From: Candidatus Multivoradales bacterium
GTDB taxonomy: Bacteria > Acidobacteriota > Thermoanaerobaculia > Multivoradales > J023
Length of the DNA: 64,000 bases
Reading direction: 5' to 3'
Assembly (NCBI GenBank): GCA_965248925.1
Contig: CBDFLE010000005.1
Span: forward strand, 352,001 to 416,000
The notes beneath the pieces were generated by a model, which searched no databases, had not been told where the DNA came from, and saw only the letters and a list, made by a program, of their open reading frames with translations. The stretch's first letter is position 1, and each line of letters opens with the position of its first letter. The translations under genes were made by a program, and so were the position numbers. Positions 9,153 to 19,097 of this stretch are shown in pieces.

Positions 9153-11768
9153 GGCGCCACCGCCTGGGCCGGCGAGACGCCCCCGCACTGGGCCGGCGGC
9201 GGGTCATTTGCGAGCACGGCTTGGATGCTCACGTCAGAGCAGTTGGGCCGGCGGTCCCGCAGTTCGGCAAATGCCGGCTCGGTACCGAAGGTGGTGGCGT
9301 TGCCGAGCAGGCCGATGAGCACCTTCATCATGCCCTTCGAGAGCGCGTCGGAGTGGCCGCGGATCAAACCAGCTTTCTCTTCGATGATCCAGTAGGGCCC
9401 GACACCGCTGCCGGTGAGGCAGTAGGATCTCTCCTCTGACTCCTCCTCGGGCGGCTCGGGCTTGGCGCGAAAGAGGATGTCCGACGGGTCGGGACAACCC
9501 GAGTCCCGAAGCTCCATGTTGACCAGCTCGGGATGGTGGGGCGCGGCGGTGCGCAGGTTGCGCAGTCACTCGCCTTGCGGCAGCTTCAGCTTGGCGAGCT
9601 GGCCGACGGTTTGTCCGAGGGGAAACAGCGTGCGGGTCGCCCAGTCCTTTTTCGACGAGATCGCTACCAAGAGGGGCTTGGCCTTGTTTCCCCATTGACG
9701 TTGCCGGAGATCGCCCAGAGCCTCCAGCGAATCGCGCAGATTCATGGCCCGCAGGGCCGGCGCGGCGGGGTTGACCAACAGGATCAGATCGAAGGGAATA
9801 GGCAGCACGCCGTCGACGTGCTCGATGGCCTGGCGGAACGCTTGGTTGCTCTTTTTCTCGTGCTGATCGATCCTGTCCTCGAGTTCCGAGATGGAACTCT
9901 GGTAGTGAGCAGCCGCGGCTGTGGCTTTGGCGAACTCTGACCGAAGCCCGGCGAGTTCTTCCATGTCGCGTCGGAACTGTTCATTCCGTGACTCGATCTG
10001 CCCGCGTTGTGTTTTCAACGTCCCGATCGTGGTTTGTAGTCTGGCAAGGCGGTTCTGCTTCATTTCGAGCTCTTTCTCCATCCGATCAACAGAGATCTTC
10101 TTGCTCCGCGAGACCACCTGCAGCCGCTTGAGCGGCTTGACCTGGTCCTTGAGTTTTTGTTTGATCTCAGCGCCGAGGGCAGAACTCCGATGTGGTGACG
10201 AGGGGCTGGCGCAGTGGTCGATCTCGGAGCAAGCTTTGGGGTCGGTAGCTTTCGCCAACACCCCTTCAACGTCGTTCTGGCAACCGATGTAGGTAGCGGC
10301 TAGGTTGGCATAGCCCCGGTCCGGATTGCCCGGTCGGGAGGCACAGTCCGGCAGCTCAGTCTTGGAGTCTGCAACCTCGGCATTGACCAGGGCGGACAGC
10401 AGGTTGAACGCCGCGGTTCGGTAGGCTCTGGCTTCTGCCCGCAGACCCTGCCGGCCTTCGAGCGCGGTATTGAGCTTGCGCCTCAGCTCGGGCATCGCCT
10501 TGGTCTGCAAGTTGTCGCGACTACCCTCGGCGACATCTAGCTCCGCCTTGTTCGTGATCAGTTGATCTGCAATCAGCTGGCGTTCCGCCTCTGGCCTGGA
10601 GGTTAGACGGGTCGGGAATTGGATGATGTCCTCAAGCAAGCGTTCGAGTTTACGCTCGTGCTCGTTTGCGGTTTTCTGGCATTTCACCAGCGGATCTTTG
10701 AGCCTTCGAGCCCGGCATTCCTCCTGCTGGCCGAGGGAATGAGCATTCTCGGCTTGGTCGAGTTCGTCGAAGGCATGCGCCGACTGGCCCTTGGTGGCGG
10801 CGATCAGACCTTTGCCGAGGCTCTGCTCGACGATCTTACCGCCGAAGCTGTGGCCGATGGCGGCGATCGAAAGCGGTGAGATTCGGGCCTTGTGATGAGG
10901 GTCGCAATCGAGGGTCGCAATCGAGGGTCGAGGAGGTCACGTCCTGGTTGATCTCGGCTGCGTCATCTCGCTGCTTCTCCAGCTGCCGGGCGACCTCGCA
11001 GGGTACGGTGATCGGGCGGCGGGCTTCGTTGGAGATGGCGTAGATCGTGTCCATGTAGTCGGTGCCGATGCCGCCGATGTTGCTGGCAGTCCGCGAGCGA
11101 CCCCAGAACGAAAGGAAGTTCGGCAGGCCGCCGATCTTTTGCATGAAGCTGTTGTCGCGTCGCACGACCGCTCCTCGCCAGGTCAGAAAGACGCCGACGA
11201 TGTGGGATTTCGTTAGCAGCTTTCGCGCGCGGTCGTAGTGGGTCGCCGGCTGGGTGATGTTCTCTGCGGCGGCGACGTCCTCGGTCATGGTCTTAAGGAA
11301 GATCCGAAATCGCTCTAGATCGGAACGACATTCTGCCGGTTTGTCGATGGTTTCCGGGCGACACTCGATGTTGTTGGCGTAGTGCTTCCAACCGTGGGTG
11401 AAGAACACCAGGGTCAGGTGGTCCTTGGTGGCCGCCGTTCCCATAGAATCGAATTCAGTTTCCAGCTTTTGCTTGACGTCCTGGATCAGCCGCACCGCGT
11501 CGTCGCGCTGGCCGGGATCGCGCAGCTGGCCGTCGCTGTCGAACTCGACGATCGCCAGGTGATAGTCATTGCCGCAGCTCTGCCGTTTCCTACCGAGCCT
11601 TGACTTATGCTTGCTGCAGGTCTCGGGATACTGCAAGCTGGGTTCGGGATCGTGCGAGTACTCGCCGTCCCAGAACACCGGCTTGGAGCCGGTGAAGAAC
11701 GTCCGATCAGTGACGCAACCCCCGCACAGCAGGGCGGTGGTGAGCAAGCACAGGATTTTGTAGCGCAT
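9149..11768 (-). pseudogene. Lipoprotein alpha/beta hydrolase with long coiled-coil insertion, broken by a 13-bp duplication and a TGA
   Basis: Lipobox-like LLCGGC; HGW, IGHSFGG (restored after removing one gagggtcgcaatc copy near 10897-10922), LLVNPA, SKKDWAT, GHSD; in-frame TGA at 9566-9568. Confidence 0.75.
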
Positions 11769-11949
11769 TGAGGCTCCCCGCTGGCAAGTGGACAAAGATG
11801 ATCACCGGCCCTGGGGTACCCAGGACGGTGATCCGCTCGGTACAGTACAGCGCAAAGCGGCTCGCCACTCACCCACGCCACCCTCTGTGCCAATGTAAGT
11901 GAGACACTCCCGTACCGATAAATTAGTGAGGGCGTGGAGAGCAAACACC

Positions 11950-12363
11950 ATGGCGAGTCCAAGCCACGAGCTGCGAGATATGAGTGCTGACCGACCAGAT
12001 CCCGAGGTAACTGAGAAGGCGAAGCGGCGGCGGTACAGCGCGTCGTACAAGCTGAGCATCGTCCAGGCCGCCGACGCGTGTAGCAAGCCCGGCGAGATTG
12101 GCGCCCTGCTTCGCCGGGAGGGTCTGTATTCATCTCTACTATCGAATTGGCGCCAACAACGCGATGCCAGTGCTCTGGCCGGTTTGTCGAAGAAGCGCGG
12201 TCGTAAGCGTCGGTCGGTCTCTGCTGAGGCCCGCCGCGTCGCGGAGCTTGAGCGTGAGATTGCCCGGCTCAAGCATCAGCTGTACAAAGCCGAGACGATC
12301 ATCGATGTCCAAAAAAAACTTTCCCGACTGCTAGGGATCGAGCCGAGCGAGAGCCAGTCATGA
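11950..12363 (+). CDS. IS3-family OrfA (HTH)
   Basis: KRRRYSASYKL...LLRREGLYSS..W; A-run near the 3' end; ATGA overlap with OrfB. Confidence 0.9.
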   Translation: MASPSHELRDMSADRPDPEVTEKAKRRRYSASYKLSIVQAADACSKPGEIGALLRREGLYSSLLSNWRQQRDASALAGLSKKRGRKRRSVSAEARRVAELEREIARLKHQLYKAETIIDVQKKLSRLLGIEPSESQS

Positions 12364-13481
12364 GCGCTGTGGCGCCGCTGGCATTGACGGTGGGGGTGCA
12401 AGCAGCCTGCGTCGCCTTGGCGGTCCCCAGAGCCACTTTCTATCGCCGCCGTCGGCAGCAGAGCGCAGGGCCGAGACTATTGACGCGGCGTCGACCGCCG
12501 CTGGCATTGACGCCCGCTGAACGCCAGGAGGTCCTCGATGTGTTGCACTCGGAGCGCTTCGTCGACCGCTCGCCGCGTCAAGTCTGGGCGGCGCTGCTGG
12601 ACGAGGACCAGCGCCATATCTGCTCGGTGCGCACCATGTACCGGGTCCTGGAGTCTGAGGGCGAGCTGCGCGAGCGACGCCGTCAGCGGCGTCATCCCAA
12701 CTACACCAAGCCCGAACTGCTGGCCACAGGGCCGAACGAGGTGTGGTCGTGGGACATCACCAAGCTCAAGGGCCCGGTGAAGTGGACCTACTACTACCTT
12801 TACGTAATTCTGGACGTCTTCAGCCGCTACATCGTCGGCTGGATGCTCGCCTCCCGCGAGTCCGGAGGACTCGCGAAGCGGTTGATCGCCGACAGTGTTG
12901 AGAAGCAAGGTGTTGAGCGAGATCGACTTACCTTGCACTCGGACCGCGGTTCGAGCATGACATCCAAGCCAGTGGCTCTACTGCTGGCCGATCTCGGGAT
13001 GACACGGTCGCTGAACCGGCCCTACACGAGCAACGACAATCCGTTCTCTGAGGCCCAGTTCAAGACGCTCAAGTACCATCCGAGCTTTCCCGACCGCTTC
13101 GGATCACTGGAAGATGCACGAGCGTTCTGCCGCTCGTTCCTCGGCTGGTACAACACGCAGCACTACCACACAGGACTCGGTTTGTTGACGCCAGAGACCG
13201 TCCACTACGGCCTCACGGCCTCAGTGCTGGAGCAACGTCGAGAAGTCCTCGCCGCCGCCTCAGCCGCTCATCCGAGCCGCTTCAAGCGGCGAACGCCGGC
13301 TTTGCCGGAGCCCAGTGGCGAGGTCTGGATCAACCCGCCGATCACCACCACCAGCACTGACCCAGCCGATACCGAGAACGAGGTGACACACCGCGTAGAC
13401 GACGACGCACCAGGCGAGACACCTGCCTGCGCGCCCTCGTTGAAAGCGATGGTGCCGGAGCCACTACCGATTCCGTACTAA
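12360..13481 (+). CDS. IS3-family OrfB DDE transposase
   Basis: WSWDIT, LHSDRG, NPFSEAQFKTLK. Confidence 0.95.
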   Translation: MSAVAPLALTVGVQAACVALAVPRATFYRRRRQQSAGPRLLTRRRPPLALTPAERQEVLDVLHSERFVDRSPRQVWAALLDEDQRHICSVRTMYRVLESEGELRERRRQRRHPNYTKPELLATGPNEVWSWDITKLKGPVKWTYYYLYVILDVFSRYIVGWMLASRESGGLAKRLIADSVEKQGVERDRLTLHSDRGSSMTSKPVALLLADLGMTRSLNRPYTSNDNPFSEAQFKTLKYHPSFPDRFGSLEDARAFCRSFLGWYNTQHYHTGLGLLTPETVHYGLTASVLEQRREVLAAASAAHPSRFKRRTPALPEPSGEVWINPPITTTSTDPADTENEVTHRVDDDAPGETPACAPSLKAMVPEPLPIPY

Positions 13482-13706
13482 TTCCCAGAAGAAAGTGTCT
13501 CATTCTCATTGACACATTCCGCCAGGCGCCCTAGCACCAGTCGCCACAACACGGGCCGCGCAGGTGCACAGGAATCCTTGGATCAGGCGCATCACCTTGC
13601 ACCCGCGGTACTGGTGTCAAGAGTTCGGAAGCGTAGAAGCAGGACTCTACAGAGAATTGGTCGGCGCTGAGAACTCTTGAATTACGCCTTGGTTACGCTT
13701 TCAATT

Positions 13707-13741
13707 TAGACTTTCAATATAGAAAGTGATAGATTCTAACA
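13707..13741 (+). promoter_or_regulatory. Sigma70-like leaderless promoter with palindromic operator
   Basis: TAGACT-17-TAGATT with extended TG, ATG 6 nt downstream; ACTTTC-N6-GAAAGT at 13710-13727. Confidence 0.55.
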
Positions 13742-14137
13742 ATGGCTGACATCCACCAAGTTCTAGGTGCTCGGCTGCCCGCGGGGACGTTCCAGATTAC
13801 TGTGTTCATCCCGAGCGTAGACCGGGAGTGCCGGCCGATTGGTCAAGAAGTCTGGGCTGAGGAGTGCCTCACGACCCTGGGAACATTATTCCGTGGTGCG
13901 ACAGCCTTTCCCCCAGGGCGGGGAGTGTGGAGGGACGATAGCCAGGGAGGGCGCTTGGTCTTCGACGATACCGTGCTGGTGAACTCGTACGTCAATCCCG
14001 ATGCACTGACCGACGATTCTCTCGCTCTACTGCGGGAATTCCTGCACCGGTTGGGCCGCGAGGCAAACCAAGGCGAGGCGGGTGCCGTGATCGGCGGTAG
14101 CTATTACGGGATTACCGAATTCGACGCTCCCGAGTAG
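13742..14137 (+). CDS. Hypothetical small protein (PII/DUF3574-like pattern)
   Basis: 131-aa ORF with FRGATAFPPGRGVWRD...LVFDDTVLV. Confidence 0.65.
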   Translation: MADIHQVLGARLPAGTFQITVFIPSVDRECRPIGQEVWAEECLTTLGTLFRGATAFPPGRGVWRDDSQGGRLVFDDTVLVNSYVNPDALTDDSLALLREFLHRLGREANQGEAGAVIGGSYYGITEFDAPE

Positions 14138-14182
14138 AGGACAGCGGTTCCACTTTCAAAGCGAGCACAGGGAGATAAGACG

Positions 14183-14509
14183 ATGGCAGATAAGCTGAGT
14201 ACCTTCGAACAGCGCGTCGCTAGCGCTCTGGGAGCGCAACGCTCGGTACCACTCGATGGGCTACCGAGCCAGGGGCCCTTGGATCTGTTACAGCTTCGTA
14301 CAGAGCTCGGGAGGCGCCTACGTTCGACAGGCGGTCGTCCAACCGATCCCGATTGGTCGCTCCGCCGGGTTATTCCGTTCAAGAAGCTAGGCTGGCAGGA
14401 GCTTGAGCAGCTAGCTGCCCGTTGCAGCGAGGAAGGGCAGACGGTGAGCCCGAGTCAATTGGCGGCTTTGTTGATCGAGCGCGGACTGAAGGCACTCAAG
14501 CAGGCTTAG
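14183..14509 (+). CDS. Hypothetical protein, probable C-terminal ribbon-helix-helix
   Basis: RBS GGAG; strand RRVIPF followed by two helices (VSPSQLAALLIE). Confidence 0.6.
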   Translation: MADKLSTFEQRVASALGAQRSVPLDGLPSQGPLDLLQLRTELGRRLRSTGGRPTDPDWSLRRVIPFKKLGWQELEQLAARCSEEGQTVSPSQLAALLIERGLKALKQA

Positions 14510-14549
14510 CCTCAGAACTGCGACGCACAAGCTGGCTGCCGAGCGGTGG

Positions 14550-17480
14550 TCAAGAATCGGGCAATCCTGCGCCGGCCGTCAGCGGCAACTTGTACCCCTC
14601 GCGCACCGGTTTAACCGGTCGCATCAGCCAATGAGGTCGCCGGGTGCCGTCGGGCGAGTGCTCGACTGGCGAGCGGGTCTTGGCCAGCCAATTGTCGAAG
14701 GCTTGGCGTGACTTGGCGGTGTCGACGGCGATGTCGCCGTTGGCGTCGTCGGCAGCGGCTTTGACCACCCGGACCGCCTGATGCCAGCAGTGCATGCCGG
14801 AGATCGGGTCGGGTTGGACGGGGAAGGTGAGGTTCTGATGTACCCCCACGTCGGTCCACCAGATGCGTCGGGTGTCGGGGTCTTTGGAATCGTAGGGTCG
14901 GGCACCGTGGTGGCGGCGGATGGCCCATTGGCTGCCCTGATTCTCAAGCCCCACGGTGGCCACCATTTGGTTCTGGCTCTCGCTTCGATGGCCGGCCAAC
15001 TTCCAGCGCCCCATGTGATGGCTGCACGCCACTACCCCCGGGCGGATACCCTCGGTGACCCACGCCTTGAGCACGAAATGGCCGATCTCGGTTTCCACTC
15101 GCACCAGATCGCCGGTCTCTACGCCGACTCTGGCGGCGTGGCGAGGATGTAACCACAGGGGATTAGTGTGGGCGATCTCATCGAGCCACTTGGCGTTGGC
15201 GCTGCGGGTGTGGATCTGCACCGGCAAGCGGAATGTGGAGATCAAGACGTGCTGATCTGGGTCCATGTTGTGCGGGTGTACATGGCTCTTGATGTAAGTC
15301 GGAACGGAGTATTCCTGCCATCCCCATGCGGCCAAAGTGGAGGAGTAGAACTCCAATTTTCCGCTGGGAGTGGGGAAGCCCTGCAATACCTGATCGCCAG
15401 TGCGGACGCCGACCGCGCGGCGGCCCTCGGCGTCACCATCAGGCGCTCCGGTGGGAGCCATGTTGACCACTGGCGGAGCCGCGGCCCGAGTGTAGACGCG
15501 GCCGAATTCATCTTCCGCCAAGTCCTCTAGCTCGGCGTCTGGAACTTCCCGCTCGTAAACCTGGCCAATGTTGCTCTCGATCTGGAAGGCACCGTAGCGG
15601 CGCATGTATTGCAAAGGTGAAAGCCCCTCTGCCGCAGCTTTCTCGGGTAGGCCGGGAATGGAGTTGTCGAAGATCCAGCCGTAATATTCGTCGACACCGA
15701 GTTTCTCCCCTGGCTTCGCCTTGGACTCGACGAAGGAGCGAATGCCGAGGGCGCCGTCCGGGTCGATGCGCCAGGTGAGTTCGATCCAGAACTCATTCTC
15801 CTCCCAAACCTCGCCAGGATTTACTTGCCGGGTGTCGACTATTACTTCGCCACGGCGCTCTGCGGCGGCGCGCAGCACTGGCTGGCGAAAGCCGATCCAT
15901 TGGCCGTCGTGGGTTTCATAGGAGTGAATGTCGTGGCGCTCCGGCGCGTGGCCCATCGGCAGTACGAAGTCGGCGAAGTAGGCGCTTTCGTTCCAGGTAG
16001 GAGTGAGGGCTATGTACTGGCCGACCTTGCTTTCGTCGCTCAGCATCTCGATCCAGGAGAAGCCGTCTGGGTTGGTCCACACCGGGTTGTAGACCCGAGT
16101 GAAGTAGGTGTCGATGTGACCCCGTCCCTCGCGCACTAAGTGGGGGAGAAGGATCGATAGTTCGTACATCGACAGCGAGTACTCGATGGGCCAGTTGAGT
16201 TCATTCCACTTCTTGGGATGGGTCGGCAGATGGATCGGCCGGGCGACGAACTTGTTCCAGGCGTTGGGATAAGTGCCACCAGGGGTAGCTACCGCGCCGA
16301 GTAGGCAGTTTAGCATGAATAGGGTGCGAGCGACCTGCCAGCCGCCTTCGTTGCCGGCCGCCGCGCTGCGCCAATTGTGGCTGGCGAAGCGGGTGCCGCC
16401 AGTCGCCACCACCCGCGCGATCTCGGCCAGGGTCTGGGCATCGATGCCCGACTCGGCGGCGGCGAAATCGAAAGTGTAGTCCTCGTATTCCGCTTCGAGC
16501 ATGCGCTCAAAGTTCTCGAACGTAACCTCGAGACCAGGATGCACTTGCTTCAGGTACTGCTGCCAATTCCACCAACGCTCGACAAAGGTGCGGTTGTAAA
16601 GTCGCCGACGAATCAAATAGCTGGCGATCGCCAGGTGAATCGCCGCTTCCGAGCCAGGCTGCGGCGCCAGCCAGTAGTCGGCGTGGGTGGCGGTGTTCGA
16701 CAGCCGAGTGTCGAGCACGATCAGTTTGGCGCCGTTCTTCTTGGCTTCGACGATGCGCTGAGCGTGGGGATTGAAGTAGTGCCCGGTTTCGAGGTGCGAG
16801 CTGACCAGGAAGATCACTTTGGCGCGGGCATAGTCCGGGCTCGGCCGGTCGATACCGGACCAGAACTGATAGCCCGCACGGGCGCCTGAGGAGCAAATAT
16901 TGGTGTGAGAGTTGTGGCCGTCGACCCCCCAAGCGGCTAGCAACCGCTCGGTGAACCCGTCCTCACCCGGCCGGCCGACGTGGTACATGATCTCGTTGCG
17001 GCGGTCTTCTTGCATCGCCTTACGGATGCGCCCGGCGATGGTGTCCAGAGCCTCGTCCCAACTTACCCGCTGCCATTTGCCCTCGCCGCGCTCGCCGACT
17101 CGCTTGAGGGGGTAAAGGATGCGGTCCGGGTCCGTAGTCTGGTTGATCGTTGCCGGACCCTTGGCGCAGTTGCGGCCCCGCGAACCAGGATGTTCCGGGT
17201 TGCCCTCGAACTTGCGCACCTCGCCGCTGTCCTGATCGACATAGGCGAGCAAGCCGCAAGCAGATTCACAATTGAAGCAAGTAGTCGGCACCAGGCTGTA
17301 GCGCTTTTCCACCCGCTTGGGCCAAGCGCGCGAGTCCAATTCGACCCAATCGTCCCAGCGTTCTTTGGGCGGAAACGAGGCCAGATGAATCCGGCTGGGG
17401 CCGGGATAGAAGGTTTCGCCACGGGCTTCGGTGGCGGTTCGCGCGGCGCTGACTCGGTCGTTGAGCTTTTTCAGGTTCAT
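14550..17480 (-). CDS. DMSO-reductase-family molybdopterin oxidoreductase catalytic subunit (Psr/Ttr/Soe-like), no Tat signal
   Basis: FS0 motif TTCFNCESACG...RNCAKG, RILYPLKR, SHTNICSS, C-terminal molydop-binding domain; start MNLKKL. Confidence 0.92.
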   Translation of the reverse strand: MNLKKLNDRVSAARTATEARGETFYPGPSRIHLASFPPKERWDDWVELDSRAWPKRVEKRYSLVPTTCFNCESACGLLAYVDQDSGEVRKFEGNPEHPGSRGRNCAKGPATINQTTDPDRILYPLKRVGERGEGKWQRVSWDEALDTIAGRIRKAMQEDRRNEIMYHVGRPGEDGFTERLLAAWGVDGHNSHTNICSSGARAGYQFWSGIDRPSPDYARAKVIFLVSSHLETGHYFNPHAQRIVEAKKNGAKLIVLDTRLSNTATHADYWLAPQPGSEAAIHLAIASYLIRRRLYNRTFVERWWNWQQYLKQVHPGLEVTFENFERMLEAEYEDYTFDFAAAESGIDAQTLAEIARVVATGGTRFASHNWRSAAAGNEGGWQVARTLFMLNCLLGAVATPGGTYPNAWNKFVARPIHLPTHPKKWNELNWPIEYSLSMYELSILLPHLVREGRGHIDTYFTRVYNPVWTNPDGFSWIEMLSDESKVGQYIALTPTWNESAYFADFVLPMGHAPERHDIHSYETHDGQWIGFRQPVLRAAAERRGEVIVDTRQVNPGEVWEENEFWIELTWRIDPDGALGIRSFVESKAKPGEKLGVDEYYGWIFDNSIPGLPEKAAAEGLSPLQYMRRYGAFQIESNIGQVYEREVPDAELEDLAEDEFGRVYTRAAAPPVVNMAPTGAPDGDAEGRRAVGVRTGDQVLQGFPTPSGKLEFYSSTLAAWGWQEYSVPTYIKSHVHPHNMDPDQHVLISTFRLPVQIHTRSANAKWLDEIAHTNPLWLHPRHAARVGVETGDLVRVETEIGHFVLKAWVTEGIRPGVVACSHHMGRWKLAGHRSESQNQMVATVGLENQGSQWAIRRHHGARPYDSKDPDTRRIWWTDVGVHQNLTFPVQPDPISGMHCWHQAVRVVKAAADDANGDIAVDTAKSRQAFDNWLAKTRSPVEHSPDGTRRPHWLMRPVKPVREGYKLPLTAGAGLPDS

Positions 17481-17517
17481 CGATGATCCCGTGGCGTTTT
17501 TCAAGCCGTGGTGCCCC

Positions 17518-19074
17518 TCAAGCCAGCGGCACTGCTTGGCCGGCCTGAACGTAGGCATGCTCGAAGGCGAACAGGCCGAGCAGAGCAGCAAAGGCACTCG
17601 GTATCGGCCCGATCCACGGCGCAGCAACCGCCACAACGGTCAACGCCATGCCGATGCCAAAGAAGTTCTTGAAGCGGCCGGCGATCATCTCATGAGTGGC
17701 CAGCTGAGCGTGGGCGGTGCCGTGGACCAGGGTCACTTCTCCGAGCACCATTAGTAGGTGCACGGCGCTGGCTCCGGCAACTGTCAGCAGCAGGGGCCGC
17801 ACGGCTGCTAGCTCCAGCCATGCCGCCACCGGCAACAGGGCGGCGGCACCGGCGAGCAGTGCTTGCACCAGCAGGTGAGGTGGTAAGAGAGGGTTCTGCC
17901 ACAGATCCCGCGCTTTGGCCTGGGCGAAGAGATAGGCGGTGTAAATCGAGGTCAGCACCGCCAGCGGCAGGCCGACCCAAGCAAGCTGGTTCAGCAGGCC
18001 GCCAAAATCTTGCCAGCTGGCAAGGGCATGCAGGCTCAGCACCGCGCCATAGCCGGTGATGATGTAAGCGCCCTTGACCAACCAACTCTGCCAGTTGCCG
18101 CGGGTGAAGATCATGTAGAAGCGCTCGGGGTGTTCGAGGTCCCACAGCAGCAGACCGCCGGTGAGCCCCAAGAACACGAGGGCGACGACCGGTGCAACGC
18201 AGGTCCAGAGGGTGCTTTCCGGGCTGACAAAGCCGCCAAGCAGCAGCAGCAGCGGCACCAAGTAGGCGCCGGCGGCGACCCCCTTGGTCAGGGTGTAAAG
18301 GCTGACCCGCCAATCCCAGGGTGCTTGGTGCGGCACGTCGTAGGACAACACCGCGGCGACGGAGGAGTTGTTGGACAGCGGTTGCCCAGCGCCGCCTGGA
18401 TGTCCGGAGACGACGCTTGAGCCACCCTGCTTTTGCTCGCTCCACATAAACATGCCGCCACTCGGACGGCGCGCCGCCAGCGGATCGAGAGTCGCCTGGT
18501 GCGCACCGCGGTAGAACAGCTTGGGCCGGGTTTCCTTCTCCGGTCGCCGCACCGCCACCGGTTCGCGGTGAACCTGCCGCGCCACCTTGGAGGTTGGATC
18601 GTTGAGATCCCCCACCAGAATGGCCTCGGTGGGACAGACCACCACGCAAGCCGGTTCCAAGCCGACATCGAGGCGGTGAGCGCAGAAATTGCATTTCTCG
18701 GCCGAGTGATCCTCGGGATTGATGAAGATAGCGTCGTAGGGACAGGCCGCCATGCATGCTTTGCAGCCGAAGCAGGCCGACTTGTCGAAATCAACAATGC
18801 CATCGTCTCGCCGGTACATCGCTCGGGTCGGGCAGGCAATCGTACAAGGCGAGTCTTCGCATTGGTTGCAGCGAGTGACCTGAAAGGCCCGCCGCGCCTG
18901 TGGAAAGGTGCCTACATCGACGTATTTGACATAGGTCCGGTGGACGCCGAGGGGAACGTCATTCTCTGACTTGCAGGCTGTCGAGCAGGCGTGACACCCG
19001 ATGCATTGGGTGTGATCGATCAGCTTCGCCCACTTGACCGGCAAGGCAGCTGGTTGAGCCGCGTCAAGGGGCAT
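17518..19074 (-). CDS. Fused 4x[4Fe-4S] (DmsB/PsrB-like) + NrfD/PsrC-like membrane anchor
   Basis: CIGCHACSTAC, CNQCEDSPCTIACP, CFGCKACMAACP, KCNFC; then PWDWRVSLY, DLEHPERF and multiple TM helices. Confidence 0.92.
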   Translation of the reverse strand: MPLDAAQPAALPVKWAKLIDHTQCIGCHACSTACKSENDVPLGVHRTYVKYVDVGTFPQARRAFQVTRCNQCEDSPCTIACPTRAMYRRDDGIVDFDKSACFGCKACMAACPYDAIFINPEDHSAEKCNFCAHRLDVGLEPACVVVCPTEAILVGDLNDPTSKVARQVHREPVAVRRPEKETRPKLFYRGAHQATLDPLAARRPSGGMFMWSEQKQGGSSVVSGHPGGAGQPLSNNSSVAAVLSYDVPHQAPWDWRVSLYTLTKGVAAGAYLVPLLLLLGGFVSPESTLWTCVAPVVALVFLGLTGGLLLWDLEHPERFYMIFTRGNWQSWLVKGAYIITGYGAVLSLHALASWQDFGGLLNQLAWVGLPLAVLTSIYTAYLFAQAKARDLWQNPLLPPHLLVQALLAGAAALLPVAAWLELAAVRPLLLTVAGASAVHLLMVLGEVTLVHGTAHAQLATHEMIAGRFKNFFGIGMALTVVAVAAPWIGPIPSAFAALLGLFAFEHAYVQAGQAVPLA

Positions 19075-19097
19075 CGGCGACTCATTCTGCGGCACGC

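Larger units (their letters stand above)
11881..13521 (+). mobile_element. IS3-family insertion sequence, copy 1
   Basis: Imperfect IRs TGTGCCAATGTAAGTGAGACACT / TGTGTCAATGAGAATGAGACACT; outer CCCTC...TTCCG; 3-bp TSD CCA. Confidence 0.9.
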
